Shown here: one piece after another, positions 1 through 10,130 of the stretch | Position numbering within the stretch: position 1 is the first letter of the stretch | How the letters are laid out: each line of letters opens with the position of its first letter | Source of the DNA: Gemmatimonadales bacterium | GTDB taxonomy: Bacteria; Gemmatimonadota; Gemmatimonadetes; Gemmatimonadales; GWC2-71-9 | DNA: 64,000 bases | Direction of reading: 5' to 3' | Assembly: GCA_041615815.1 (NCBI GenBank) | Contig: JBFJCP010000007.1 | Location: 64,001 to 128,000 of the forward strand | Made by a program: the position numbers and the translations under genes | Notes under the pieces: model-generated | Seen by the model: the letters and a program-made list of their open reading frames with translations, nothing else | What the model was told of the DNA's origin: nothing | The model's database searches: none

Positions 1-870
1 GTGGGCGAGTCCGGATGTGGCAAGACCGTGACAGCGCTCTCGATCCTCCGCTTGCTCGAGGGGACATCCGCCATGATAGGCGAACGGAGCACCGTGGAGT
101 TCGGCGGCGTGAATCTACTGGACCTCGCGCCGGAGGCGCTTCGGCGTGTCCGGGGTGCGGGGATTGCGATGATTTTCCAAGATCCCACCACGAGTCTCAA
201 TCCGGTGCTCACCGTGGGCACACAGATCACCGAGACCCTGCGCGCGCACCGCGACGTGAGCCGCCGTGATGCGCGGACCCGTGCGGTGGACTTGCTGAGG
301 CTCGTGGGCATCCCCGATCCGGACGGGCGCATCGACGCCTACCCACACCAGTTGAGCGGTGGCATGCAGCAGCGCGTGATGATCGCCATCGCGCTTTCGT
401 GCGAGCCCACGATCCTCATCGCCGACGAACCTACTACCGCGCTCGATGTCACGATCCAAGCGCAGATCCTCGAGTTGCTTGCGGAGCTCAAGGAGCGGCT
501 TGGCATGGCCATGATCTTGATCACCCATGACTTGGGGGTGGTGGCCGGGGTCGCTGATCGGGTCGCCGTCATGTACGGCGGGCAGATTGTCGAGGTGGCC
601 CAAACGACGACACTGTTTGCAAACCCCCAGCACCCATATACCGAGGCATTGTTGAAGGCGGTTCCTCGTTTGGACCGGCCCACCAAGCGATTGGCGGCGA
701 TTCCCGGAGCGGTCCCCGCGGCTACGGCGTGGCCGACCGCCTGTCGGTTTCACCCCCGGTGTCCGCACGCGTGGGACCGTTGTCACGTGGAGCCACCCCA
801 ACTCCTGACCGACACGAGCCATGCTGTTCGTTGTTGGCTCGTGGAGGAACCGCAGCGGAGACGCGGATGA
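1..870 (+). CDS. oppD: Oligopeptide/dipeptide ABC transporter ATP-binding protein (OppD/DppD-like), 5'-truncated by the window
   Basis: Walker A GESGCGKT, signature LSGGMQQR, Walker [10 protein letters not shown]-terminal CRFHPRC...C...VRC oligo-HPY/FeS motif. Confidence 0.9.
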   Translation: MGESGCGKTVTALSILRLLEGTSAMIGERSTVEFGGVNLLDLAPEALRRVRGAGIAMIFQDPTTSLNPVLTVGTQITETLRAHRDVSRRDARTRAVDLLRLVGIPDPDGRIDAYPHQLSGGMQQRVMIAIALSCEPTILIADEPTTALDVTIQAQILELLAELKERLGMAMILITHDLGVVAGVADRVAVMYGGQIVEVAQTTTLFANPQHPYTEALLKAVPRLDRPTKRLAAIPGAVPAATAWPTACRFHPRCPHAWDRCHVEPPQLLTDTSHAVRCWLVEEPQRRRG

Positions 871-1907
871 CCAACTCACCGCTCGTGGATATTCAGGGTC
901 TCGTCAAGGCGTTCACCGACCGCGGCGGCCTCTTTGGTCGACGCGTCACGATACGCGCCGTGGACGGGATCGATCTTGCGATCGCGCGCGGTGAGGTACT
1001 CGGTCTCGTTGGAGAGAGCGGTAGCGGGAAGACCACCCTGGGCCGCTGCGCGCTCCGGCTGATCGACCCCGACGCGGGCACGGTGACCTTCGACGGGCTC
1101 CAGGTCTTGAAACTCGATGCCGGGGCGCTGCGACGACTCCGTCGCCGCATGCAGATCGTGTTCCAGGACCCGTTTGGCTCGCTCAACCCCCGCATGACGG
1201 TGGGGACGGCAATTCGGGAGCCGCTCGAGGTGCACCGCCTGGCTCGGAAGGCCGCGGCCCGGACGCGCGTGGGCGAGCTCCTGGGAGAGGTGGGCCTCGA
1301 CGCCAGCTTTGCCGATCGATACCCCCACGAGCTCTCCGGGGGCCAGCGGCAACGGATCGGCATTGCCCGCGCCCTCTCCGTGAAGCCCGAGTTCATCGTC
1401 TTGGACGAACCGGTTTCGGCGCTCGATGTGTCGGTCCAGGCGCAGGTCCTGAACCTGCTGGCGGACCTTCGGGAACGCCACGGCCTTACCTATTTATTCA
1501 TTGCGCACGACCTGGCGGTGGTTCGTCACCTGACCCACCGGGTCGCCGTGATGTATCTCGGTCGTCTCATGGAGCTGGCGCCCACCGAGCATCTGTTCGC
1601 CGGGCCGCGACATCCCTACACCACGTCGCTGCTTTCGGCCGTCCCAGTTCCCGATCCCGAGGCCTCTCGCACGCGAATCGTATTGAGCGGTGATCCGCCG
1701 AGTGCGCGGCGTCCGCCCACCGGTTGCGTCTTCCATCCCCGCTGTCCCCACCCAGCCAAGGATGCGCGGTGCCAAAACGAGGTGCCGGCGTTGCGGGAGC
1801 TCATGCCCGGATGCTACGCGGCCTGTCACTACGCGGAGCAGCCGCTGGAGGCTGGAAGGGTGGAACGCCGCAAGGACGGAGGCGTCAGCCAGCCGGAAGC
1901 ACACTAG
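867..1907 (+). CDS. oppF: Oligopeptide/dipeptide ABC transporter ATP-binding protein (OppF/DppF-like)
   Basis: ATG at 867 overlaps the upstream stop (ATGA). [28 protein letters not shown] motif, CVFHPRC. Confidence 0.9.
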   Translation: MTNSPLVDIQGLVKAFTDRGGLFGRRVTIRAVDGIDLAIARGEVLGLVGESGSGKTTLGRCALRLIDPDAGTVTFDGLQVLKLDAGALRRLRRRMQIVFQDPFGSLNPRMTVGTAIREPLEVHRLARKAAARTRVGELLGEVGLDASFADRYPHELSGGQRQRIGIARALSVKPEFIVLDEPVSALDVSVQAQVLNLLADLRERHGLTYLFIAHDLAVVRHLTHRVAVMYLGRLMELAPTEHLFAGPRHPYTTSLLSAVPVPDPEASRTRIVLSGDPPSARRPPTGCVFHPRCPHPAKDARCQNEVPALRELMPGCYAACHYAEQPLEAGRVERRKDGGVSQPEAH

Positions 1908-2012
1908 CCGTTCGTCCTCCCATCTTCCGGCGGTGCCGACGTCTGACGTTCCAACCTTCCTGCCTTCCTTCCATTCTGCTATCTATTGCCGACCCTGAGC
2001 AGTGGAGCCCCC

Positions 2013-3506
2013 ATGAGCGTGTTCGTTGCGATCGTCCTCCTCTACCCCCTGCTCCTCATCGGCGTGAGCGTGTGGCGCGCCCGGGGCGTCAAGAGCCACG
2101 CCGATTTCATGGTGGCGGGACGGTCCGTGCCCGTGGCGTTGCTGGTCGGGACGCTCGTGTGCACGTGGATCGGATCGGGGTCGCTCTTCGGCGGCGCGGG
2201 GTTGGCCTATCGCACGGGCATAGCCGAGCTATGGTTCTCCTCGGGAGGATGGGTCGGCCTCGTGGTGGCCTATTTCATCGCGGGGCGGGTTCGGCGCATC
2301 GCGCAGTACACGGTGCCGGATCTCTTGGAGCAACGCTACAACGCCGCAGCCCGCCTGCTGGGTACCGTGGCCATCATTCTCGCCTACGTCACGATCGCGG
2401 CGTACCAGTTCCGGGGTGGTGGTTGGATTCTGAGCATCGTCACCGACGGGCGAATCACCGCTACGCAGGGGATGTACATCACCGCCACGGCGATCGTGTT
2501 GTTCACCGCCCTCGCCGGCATGGTCTCCATCGTGACGGTGGATGTCTTCAACGGCATCATCATCACCCTTGGTGTGCTGCTCGCCCTGCCGTACATGGTG
2601 TTCGAGGTCGGCGGTGTGGGCCAAGTGCTCGAGGCCTTACCCGACGCCCACCTGACCCCATTGGGCGGGCACAACGTGCTCTGGGTCCTGGGCGTGGCGA
2701 TGCCCACGTTCCTGCTGATTCTCGGCGAGAGCGGGATGTACCAGAAATTCTTCTCCGCGAAGAACGAGCGCGCCGCCCGGCAGGCGGTCCTCGGCATGGT
2801 CGTGGGCATTGTCGTCATCGAAACGGCGTTGGCACTTCTCGCCATCGTGGGTCGCGCCGCCTACCCGGACCTCGTGACGCAGACGTCGATCGTGGGGCGG
2901 GCGGCGTCCGAGACCGTGATTCTCTACGTCGCTCGTCACGGGCTGCCGCTCGCCGGGGGCGCGATCTTGCTGGCGGCGGCCATCGCCATCGTGCTGTCCA
3001 CAGGCAACACCTTCTTGCTGGTCCCTTCGACCAACGTGAGCCGGGATATCTGGCAGCGTTTCATCCGTCCCCATGCCTCGGAACAAGAAAAGCTCTGGCT
3101 CCAGCGCGGTTTCGTCGCGCTCTTTGGTGTGTTTGGCCTCGTCTTGCTCACACAGTTCGAGACGGTGCTGGCGATGGCGCTCTACGCCTATTCCCTGGTG
3201 GGCGCCAGTCTGACGCCGGCGCTCTTGGCCGCGTTCCTCTGGAAACGGGTGACGCCCACGGGGGGAGTCGCATGCATTGCCGGTGGGCTGGGCAGCATCG
3301 TGGGGATTGGGGTGCTGGACCGGTTGGGGATGAGCTTCGCGACGACCATCGGGGGAACGGAATTCGACTTCGCAAGCAGCGACTACATCGTCATTCCTGG
3401 GGTGTTGATCTCGGTCACCCTGCTGATCGTCGTCAGCCTCCTCACCGCGCCTTCACCGGCGGCAAAGTGGGCGCCGTTCTTCTCCAACGAGGAGCCAGCC
3501 AGCTAG
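2013..3506 (+). CDS. Sodium:solute symporter (SSF) family protein
   Basis: About 13 hydrophobic segments; DFMVAGRS, TWIGSGS, YTVPDLLEQRY and QKFFSAKNE motifs typical of SSF. Confidence 0.9.
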   Translation: MSVFVAIVLLYPLLLIGVSVWRARGVKSHADFMVAGRSVPVALLVGTLVCTWIGSGSLFGGAGLAYRTGIAELWFSSGGWVGLVVAYFIAGRVRRIAQYTVPDLLEQRYNAAARLLGTVAIILAYVTIAAYQFRGGGWILSIVTDGRITATQGMYITATAIVLFTALAGMVSIVTVDVFNGIIITLGVLLALPYMVFEVGGVGQVLEALPDAHLTPLGGHNVLWVLGVAMPTFLLILGESGMYQKFFSAKNERAARQAVLGMVVGIVVIETALALLAIVGRAAYPDLVTQTSIVGRAASETVILYVARHGLPLAGGAILLAAAIAIVLSTGNTFLLVPSTNVSRDIWQRFIRPHASEQEKLWLQRGFVALFGVFGLVLLTQFETVLAMALYAYSLVGASLTPALLAAFLWKRVTPTGGVACIAGGLGSIVGIGVLDRLGMSFATTIGGTEFDFASSDYIVIPGVLISVTLLIVVSLLTAPSPAAKWAPFFSNEEPAS

Positions 3507-3904
3507 CCGAGGAAGAGATCGCTTTGGTTGAGCGCGGCGCGGGTGGTCTCGGTGCCGAGGAGCGTGCGGAGCCGACGGGTCCACGCCGCGACGTCGAAGC
3601 GTGCTTCCGTGGCCAACATGCGATCCAAGACATCGGGGAAGCCTTCGAACGCATCGAGCAGATCCGAGAGTGCTTCCCGCAACTCCAGGGCCCGAAACTG
3701 TTCTTCCGTGGCGAGGGCCATGTCCTGGAGGATGGCCTGTTCGGTCCGCGAGGCGATGATGGGGTGCTCGAGGGAGGCGGTATAGACCTCGGTTCGTCGC
3801 CCGGGGCCGCGCTCGTCCTCGATCGGCATGAGCCCCACGATCGCGTCGGAGCGCCAGTACTTGCCGTACCCCAGGTAGACCATTCGATCCGGTTTGATTT
3901 CCAT
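3503..3904 (-). CDS. Hypothetical protein, weak resemblance to RemA/DUF370
   Basis: Protein-like ORF 9 bp downstream of the pspA-like gene; VYLGYG...GRRT pattern. Confidence 0.7.
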   Translation of the reverse strand: MEIKPDRMVYLGYGKYWRSDAIVGLMPIEDERGPGRRTEVYTASLEHPIIASRTEQAILQDMALATEEQFRALELREALSDLLDAFEGFPDVLDRMLATEARFDVAAWTRRLRTLLGTETTRAALNQSDLFLG

Positions 3905-3913
3905 GCCGCCGTC

Positions 3914-4480
3914 CTATGACCGCCCCATCTTCTTCTTGAGGGCTTCGAGCTGTGCCTCGGCTTCTGCCTCCCGCGCCGCGCGGTCGAGCCGGGTCCGCAG
4001 CTGTTGCTCTTCCCGACTCGCGCCGCGGGAAAGTCCGGCCGCTTCGAGGTCGCGCCAGGCCGCTTCCACGCTCCGAGCCGCGTCGCTGGCAGGCTGGGAT
4101 TGTTCGAACGCTCGGTACTCGACCTTCATCTCCTGTACTTCTCGCTCGGCCAACGCCAGCTCCGCCTGCTGAGCGGCGAGCTTCTGCTCCAACACCTGGA
4201 CGCGCCCTCGATGCTTCGCCGCGAATCGCTCCGCCACCTCCACGGTTTCGTGATCGCCAATGCCCGTGGCCAAGCGCCCACGGCGCTCGGCGTCACCAAG
4301 CGCCGTGCGCTCCATGGTCAATTCCTGTTGGACCGCCGCGATCCCCTTGTGCATGGCTTCGAGCGACGTGCGCGCCTCGATGATCGCACTCCGCATCTGC
4401 GCCGCGAGGTCACGCGAGTCGGGCGGCGGCATCGCGGCGTCGAGCGCCGCATTGAGTGCCGCCCGAAGTCGCTCGAACAC
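3914..4480 (-). CDS. PspA/IM30 family coiled-coil protein
   Basis: N-terminal amphipathic MFERLRAALNAALD, long coiled coil, C-terminal QLEALKKKMG. Confidence 0.75.
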   Translation of the reverse strand: MFERLRAALNAALDAAMPPPDSRDLAAQMRSAIIEARTSLEAMHKGIAAVQQELTMERTALGDAERRGRLATGIGDHETVEVAERFAAKHRGRVQVLEQKLAAQQAELALAEREVQEMKVEYRAFEQSQPASDAARSVEAAWRDLEAAGLSRGASREEQQLRTRLDRAAREAEAEAQLEALKKKMGRS

Positions 4481-4644
4481 TAACTCTTCTTGACGGTCTT
4501 GGCGTAGAAGGCCGAAAGCACTTGCTCCACTTGTGCCGACTTACACTTGGGACAAGCGGGCCGTTTTCGCCCATGGACCTCGATGGACTCGACTTTGGAG
4601 AAGTGTTTTCCGCACTTGGGGCAGCGATATTCATACGTCGGCAT
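4480..4644 (-). CDS. FmdB family zinc-ribbon protein
   Basis: MPTYEYRCPKCG...CPKC...VEQVLS is the FmdB signature; the stop overlaps the pspA-like start. Confidence 0.85.
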   Translation of the reverse strand: MPTYEYRCPKCGKHFSKVESIEVHGRKRPACPKCKSAQVEQVLSAFYAKTVKKS

Positions 4645-4837
4645 ACGGCTCGAACCTCGTGGTAAAAGGGTGGACGTGAAAACGATACGCGGCACTGAAA
4701 ACGGGGTCAAGGAAGCGGTTGAACCCCGCCACCCCGATGCGCTCGCGGATGGCGCCATTACGACCGCTCCCGCCACTGCCACTCCGCTGTCGCCGGGGGC
4801 GACCGCGGGGGTTGGACCCGGTTGTCCTAGTCGTCAT
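4631..4837 (-). CDS. Possible small hypothetical protein
   Basis: 68-aa ATG ORF fills the gap and overlaps the FmdB gene start by 14 nt; no recognisable family. Confidence 0.35.
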   Translation of the reverse strand: MTTRTTGSNPRGRPRRQRSGSGGSGRNGAIRERIGVAGFNRFLDPVFSAAYRFHVHPFTTRFEPYADV

Positions 4838-4866
4838 ATGTCACAGAACGTACAATTCCTACCACT

Positions 4867-5388
4867 ATGTTCAGAAACTTGACGCTGGTGGGCCTCGCCC
4901 TGGTCGCGTGCTCCAGCGGAAACCGGGAAAACAGCCCGGTCTGCGGGCTCTCCGCCATGGCCGGCGCCTCGATGGTGATGGAGCAGCTGCGATCGTCCAG
5001 CAAGGTCCTCCGCGCTCCGCCTCCCGAACTGCGTGGAGTCGTCCCGGCCCGTGTCGTGGGGTACGGCACGGGGCGGGCATTGGTGGGCGAGAGCCCCGAC
5101 GGCGTGGTGCTAGGCTTCGAAGGTAACGGGTTTCCCCAAGTCCCGGGGTTCGGATTGGTCTTGGTCGAGGACTCGGCGGACACCTTCAAGGGAGTACTGA
5201 TTTTCGAGACGATGCCTCCCTATGGCTATCCGCAGTTCGGGAGCATCGCCGGGGCCAATGCCACGTTGCCCCTGTACGGCCTGCGGGTGACCTGGGGCGC
5301 GGTGAGCGATCCCAAATGTCCGCTCTTCGGCCCCATCGACACCACCGGGATGCCGATGAGGGGTGGCGCGACTACAGGGACAGGTTGA
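4867..5388 (+). CDS. Hypothetical lipoprotein
   Basis: Lipobox LVAC after a short hydrophobic signal peptide. Confidence 0.75.
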   Translation: MFRNLTLVGLALVACSSGNRENSPVCGLSAMAGASMVMEQLRSSSKVLRAPPPELRGVVPARVVGYGTGRALVGESPDGVVLGFEGNGFPQVPGFGLVLVEDSADTFKGVLIFETMPPYGYPQFGSIAGANATLPLYGLRVTWGAVSDPKCPLFGPIDTTGMPMRGGATTGTG

Positions 5389-6097
5389 ACTCGTCCGCCA
5401 CCTGACGCATGAGCCGGTCGGGCGAGGAGCACCTGGGGAAAAACAGCCGGTCCGAGAGCCGGTTCAGCGCCACCCGAAGGGTGGGGAACGCGTCCGCTGC
5501 TTTGGCGTAGATGTCGTCCAACTCGAATTCCCGGGCGAGACGATGATCAGAGGCCAGCCGAAAGCCGCGGGCGCCCATCGTGTCGTAGTAGCTGAGGTCC
5601 GGGCCGCCCTTTCGAGCCCGTCGCGTCGTGATGAAATCTGGAAACACGCCCGCGAGCCAGAGACTGAAGTTCCCGAGGTGGGCCCGAATCAAGAACCCAC
5701 GCCGGCCGGTGCCAGGGTCCAGGTCGGCCACGATCTCGGTGAGGTAGCGATACTCGTGATCACTGTGGTGCGCAACGCGAAGCGCTCGGTCTCGCAGCCC
5801 GAACTCGTACAGCATGGCGCCGAGATACTCCGCCAGGCGGGTGTCGTCGATGCCCACGGTGCGCAGGGTCTCGCGGACTGCTACGTAGAGAAACAGCGCC
5901 GGCGACGGGCTCCCGAGACTGGGATGGCGGCGGAGATGCTCCAGCAGCGTCGGATCATCGAGCAGCGCATCGGGCCCATCCTGCGCCACAAGGCGCTCCA
6001 ACCTCCGCTGGTGTGCCGCGTCGCCCTCTGCCAAGAGATGCACCACCAAGTCGATATCGGCGGCCGTGAGTCGCTGTTTGATGTTCGCGAGGATCAT
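5372..6097 (-). CDS. Conserved-looking helical hypothetical protein
   Basis: Protein-like composition from MILANIKQRL; LGNFSLWLAGVFPD and YYDTMGARGF motifs. Confidence 0.75.
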   Translation of the reverse strand: MILANIKQRLTAADIDLVVHLLAEGDAAHQRRLERLVAQDGPDALLDDPTLLEHLRRHPSLGSPSPALFLYVAVRETLRTVGIDDTRLAEYLGAMLYEFGLRDRALRVAHHSDHEYRYLTEIVADLDPGTGRRGFLIRAHLGNFSLWLAGVFPDFITTRRARKGGPDLSYYDTMGARGFRLASDHRLAREFELDDIYAKAADAFPTLRVALNRLSDRLFFPRCSSPDRLMRQVADEFNLSL

Positions 6098-8042
6098 GTC
6101 GCAATCTCCGGCTGCTAGTACCCCCTCACCGCACCCAGGATTCGACGCGCTGCAGGCGCTCACGGTACTCGGACGTCAACTCGCCGGGTCGTACCATCCG
6201 AGTTCCGCGGTCGAGCGCGTGGCCCGGACCATTCGCGAATCCCTCACCCCCGATACCTTTCTTATCGTCCTGACCGACCCGGATACCAACCGACAGTCCG
6301 TCGCCCACGCCCACAACTATGCAAGTCCCAAGCCGGAGGATCCACTGATCCAAGCTGTTATCCGGGACGGGGCCCGAGTGCTAAGCGTGATGCGACCCGA
6401 CGAACGAGACGCGCTGGGCGTCCGCATCGACACCGTCAAGTCCTGGGTCGGCGTACCCATCGTAGCAGCTGGGCGCACGATGGGCGTGATCTCGCTCACA
6501 TCCGGCACATCCGCGCGGTTCGTCGAATGGCATCGGGATTTTCTCGGCGCGATCGCCGCACAGCTAGCCATGGCCCTCGAGAACGCTCGCCTGTTGGAGT
6601 TGTTGGCCGAGGGGAAGCGAGAGTGGGAACAGTCGGTTCACGCAATCAGCCAGGCGTTTTGTGTCGTGGATGGAACGGGGATCATCCGGCGCGCCAACCG
6701 TGCCTTCGGCGAGTTGGCCAAGATCCCGGTGCCCTCTCTCACCGGCCAGCCATGGATCGCCGTCTTGCCGTCGGCTTGGGCGGACGCCGTGGCCCATGCG
6801 CTCAGCGAGCCCGGCGACGAGCGGACGGTCGATCTCAAAGCGGGGACCCGTCTCTACACTCTGTCCGCCTATGCGCTGCAAGAGCGCGAAGACGCGAGTG
6901 TGCTCGTGTTCGAAGACATGACGGACAAGCGGCACCTCCAAGAGCAGCTCATTCAATCCGAAAAAATGTCCGCCATTGGCCAGCTCATTGCCGGTGTCGC
7001 GCACGATCTCAACAATCCGCTGGCCTCTGTCGTCGGGTTTGCCGACTACTTGGTGGAAGAGAGCGGCGACACTCCCTCCCACCTGCGCGGCCCGCTTCGT
7101 GCCATCCGGCAAGAAGCGGAACGCGCGGCAAACATTGTGCGCAATCTCCTCAGCTTTGCTCGCAAACACGAGGGACAGCGACGTGCACAACATGTGGGAC
7201 CGCTCATCGACGCCACGATTCTCCTGCTCAAGAACCAGCTCACGGCGAGCAAGGTGGAAGCGGTGGTCCAGCTGGATCCTGATCTCCCCACGGTCGTAGT
7301 CGACCGCAATCAAATCCAGCAGGTATTCGTGAACATCATCAACAACGCGGCACAAGCGATCTTCACCACGCACGCCGGAGGCCAGATCACCATCTCCGCG
7401 AAACGATGGTTGGAGGGCGTCGCCGTCACCGTGGAGGACGACGGGCCCGGGATTCCGGACGGAGTCCGCGATCGCATCTTCGAGCCGTTCTTCACGACGA
7501 AGCCCGAAGGTGAGGGGACCGGACTCGGGCTCTCCATCTGCCAGGGTATCATCATGGAGCATGGTGGTCGCATCACGTTCAGCCCACGGGACGACGGCGG
7601 ATCGTCGTTTCGTATCGAGCTGCCCGGCGGGGCCGCCGAAGCGCTCCCCGAGCCCCCATTGGTGCGGGACACGGGAGCGTTGTCCTTGCTGGTGGTCGAC
7701 GACGAGCCGCACATCCAGCACTATCTCGTGGCGACACTCGAGGCGTGGGGCCACACGGTGTCCGTGGCCGCTGATGGAACCGAAGCCCTCGCACGGCTGG
7801 GCACCACCACGGAGTTCGACGTGATCATCTGCGATCTCCGGATGCCTCGGGTGGGTGGCCGGGAATTCTTCGAGACCCTTCGCCACCAATTCCCGACCAT
7901 GGTCCGGCGCGTCGTGTTCGCCACGGGCGATACGGTACGAGACGACGCGTTACAGTTCCTGGAGCAGGCGGGCCGGCCCTTTCTCCGCAAGCCGTTCACC
8001 CTTCGAGAGCTCCGGAGCGTCCTCGCCCAAGTGGCCCTGTAG
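6096..8042 (+). CDS. Hybrid sensor histidine kinase (GAF-PAS-HisKA-HATPase-REC)
   Basis: H-box GVAHDLNNPL, N-box QVFVNIINNA, DDGPG, FEPFFTTK, GTGLGL; C-terminal REC with VDDE, D and RKPF. Start codon uncertain. Confidence 0.92.
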   Translation: MSQSPAASTPSPHPGFDALQALTVLGRQLAGSYHPSSAVERVARTIRESLTPDTFLIVLTDPDTNRQSVAHAHNYASPKPEDPLIQAVIRDGARVLSVMRPDERDALGVRIDTVKSWVGVPIVAAGRTMGVISLTSGTSARFVEWHRDFLGAIAAQLAMALENARLLELLAEGKREWEQSVHAISQAFCVVDGTGIIRRANRAFGELAKIPVPSLTGQPWIAVLPSAWADAVAHALSEPGDERTVDLKAGTRLYTLSAYALQEREDASVLVFEDMTDKRHLQEQLIQSEKMSAIGQLIAGVAHDLNNPLASVVGFADYLVEESGDTPSHLRGPLRAIRQEAERAANIVRNLLSFARKHEGQRRAQHVGPLIDATILLLKNQLTASKVEAVVQLDPDLPTVVVDRNQIQQVFVNIINNAAQAIFTTHAGGQITISAKRWLEGVAVTVEDDGPGIPDGVRDRIFEPFFTTKPEGEGTGLGLSICQGIIMEHGGRITFSPRDDGGSSFRIELPGGAAEALPEPPLVRDTGALSLLVVDDEPHIQHYLVATLEAWGHTVSVAADGTEALARLGTTTEFDVIICDLRMPRVGGREFFETLRHQFPTMVRRVVFATGDTVRDDALQFLEQAGRPFLRKPFTLRELRSVLAQVAL

Positions 8043-8226
8043 GACCTGCCGCGCTCCACCCTTCCGCCCAGGTGTGAGCTGTTGGGTGCCAGCTGTTGAA
8101 GGGCGAGGACCGGGGCCACACCATCGGGGCGCTCCGTGCGGCGCTCGCACCTGATTACATTCTCAAGCGGACCTTTATGGGCCCCGTGCAGTATGGAGGG
8201 GTGGGAAGAAAGGAGTCGGCCGTTCC

Positions 8227-8973
8227 GTGATCTACGTGTGTGTCGTCGCCCACAACGATGCGGCAACCGTGGGACTGATGCTCTGGAAGGTCCGCCAGGT
8301 GATGGCGGAGCACCGGTGGGAGTATCATCTCCTCGTCGCGGACGACGGTTCCACGGACGGTACTGCCGAAACCCTGGATCTTTATCAGCGCGCGCTCCCG
8401 ATGAGCGTCATACGCCAGGATGGGCGTCGTGGATACGCCGCGAGCCTGGAAGCGTTGTTGCGAGAAGCCGTCAGCCGGACGGACCGGCCAAAGCGGGATG
8501 GTGCCATCACGCTACCGGCCAGCTTCGCCGTTTCCCCCACGGCGCTGCCCGAACTCCTCAAGCGGTTCGCCTCGGGGGCGGATCTGGTGGTCAGTGAATC
8601 GGCGGGCACCGACCAACCGCTCTGGGAGCGAGCGGTCCGACGCTCCGCCCCATGGCTGCTGCGGCCGGGACTGCAATTGGAGGGGATGCGAGACGTCACA
8701 TCCGGGGTTTGTCTGCTTCGGCTGAGCACATTGCGGCACTGCCTCCAGGATCGTGAAGCGCCTTTGCTCGAGACCGAGGGGTCGTGCGCCAACGCGGAGC
8801 TGATCGCGCGCGCCGCGACGAGCGCACGGCAGATCGCCGCCGTCTCCCTCGATATTCCCGCACCGACCGCGGCACCGCACGAGCGCCCGTCCCTGGGCAC
8901 GGTGTTTCAGCTCTTCCGCGCCGGGCGCCGGTTACGCGTCCCGGCGGCCTCGGCGAGGGTGCAACGAGCATGA
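8227..8973 (+). CDS. Glycosyltransferase family 2 protein (divergent)
   Basis: IYVCVVAHN...VADDGSTDGT N-terminal GT2 motif; RBS AAGGAG upstream; canonical DxD not evident. Confidence 0.75.
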   Translation: MIYVCVVAHNDAATVGLMLWKVRQVMAEHRWEYHLLVADDGSTDGTAETLDLYQRALPMSVIRQDGRRGYAASLEALLREAVSRTDRPKRDGAITLPASFAVSPTALPELLKRFASGADLVVSESAGTDQPLWERAVRRSAPWLLRPGLQLEGMRDVTSGVCLLRLSTLRHCLQDREAPLLETEGSCANAELIARAATSARQIAAVSLDIPAPTAAPHERPSLGTVFQLFRAGRRLRVPAASARVQRA

Positions 8974-9761
8974 GGATCAAACATTTCGTTACGATGGGCG
9001 GCCTCTGGGCGATGGCCGGATCCGTGCCCGCCACAGCCCAGACGGACCCATCCCCGATGGCCACAGAGCGGTTCGCCCCGGGGGAAACGCTGGTGTACGA
9101 CGCCCGATACGGCATCTTCACGGTGGGACGAGCGATGCTCCACGTCGCCGGGGTCGACACGGTGCGCGCCGAGCCGACCGTGCATGCCGTGTTCGTTTTG
9201 CAGGGCGGTATCCCCCTCTATCGCCTGCACAATCGGATGGACTCCTGGTTCGGCAAACGTGATTTCGCCTCGCGCCGCTTCGTGCAGGATTTTCACGAAG
9301 GCGGGAGTGACCGCTACACCGCTTACGAGATCTTCCCGGATTCCGGCTTTTACGAGGAACGCGGCCCGGCGGACACGGGGGTGGTGGACCGCCAGGAGAC
9401 GTCAGTAGATCCGCTGGACGACCTCGCGTTCTTCTACTTCGTGCGCGCCAACGCACTCGAAGTTGGCCGGCGATACGAGTTCGACCGATATTTTCGTCCG
9501 GACCGCAACCCCGTCGTGCTGCAGGTCATGGGTCGGGACACCTTGGACGTTCCCGCCGGCCGGTTTCCGACTATCGTCGTGCAGCCGATCATTCAGGGAC
9601 GGGGTATCCTCGCCGAGAGCAGCGAGCCGCGGATGTGGGTGAGCGACGACGAGCGCCGCCTCATCGTGCAGTTGAAGTCGAAGTTCCCTTTCGGCACCAT
9701 TACCCTGCGACTCAAAGACATCACCGACGCGCCGCCACAGGAGCTCCTAGCCGAGCGCTGA
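8970..9761 (+). CDS. DUF3108-domain secreted protein
   Basis: Signal peptide; GETLVY..., LDVPAGRFPT and MWVSDDERRLIVQ typical of DUF3108. Confidence 0.75.
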   Translation: MRIKHFVTMGGLWAMAGSVPATAQTDPSPMATERFAPGETLVYDARYGIFTVGRAMLHVAGVDTVRAEPTVHAVFVLQGGIPLYRLHNRMDSWFGKRDFASRRFVQDFHEGGSDRYTAYEIFPDSGFYEERGPADTGVVDRQETSVDPLDDLAFFYFVRANALEVGRRYEFDRYFRPDRNPVVLQVMGRDTLDVPAGRFPTIVVQPIIQGRGILAESSEPRMWVSDDERRLIVQLKSKFPFGTITLRLKDITDAPPQELLAER

Positions 9762-9834
9762 GGGAACCGGGGATGGCGGAGACGCCCTCGCGGCGATACC
9801 CACGCCTTGATCCTGTGAACCGCGCGCCGCTCGC

Positions 9835-10053
9835 TCACGCGGCGTCCTCATGCCCGCGTATAGTGTCGCGGACTCGCCGCGCCGTTCGCGGGCTGATTAC
9901 TTTCAGGATCAAGTAGACGACGAATCCGATCGCCGCCAACCACAACAGCGACATCAGCAGCGACAGCGCGACGCCCAAGAGGCCAAACAGCAGTTTGAAC
10001 GCGACGATGCCCACCATGGCGAGCACCGCAAATCCCAGCAGGTTGCGTAGCAT
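9835..10053 (-). CDS. Small membrane protein
   Basis: 72 aa, two hydrophobic helices; GGAGG RBS upstream on the minus strand. Confidence 0.75.
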   Translation of the reverse strand: MLRNLLGFAVLAMVGIVAFKLLFGLLGVALSLLMSLLWLAAIGFVVYLILKVISPRTARRVRDTIRGHEDAA

Positions 10054-10130
10054 ACGTTACCTCCGCGGACGTAAGCCTCGAAGCTCCCTACGAGGACACC
10101 GCTTCGTGGGTTTCGCAACCAGGTCCGGCC

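Noticed and set aside
1..1907. Opp ATPases as the importer for the HFS-derived peptides
   Set aside because: About 58 kb away with no sequence evidence of linkage
1724..3919. 731-aa alternative-frame ORF and other long antisense ORFs (e.g. 18272-19690, 30922-32541, 41523-42971)
   Set aside because: Shadow ORFs of well-supported genes, expected in high-GC DNA
4685..4830. SRP or 6S-like ncRNA (GGGGTCAAGGAAGCGGTTGAACCCC hairpin)
   Set aside because: Lacks the SRP domain IV consensus and the long 6S rod; also explainable as a small minus-strand ORF
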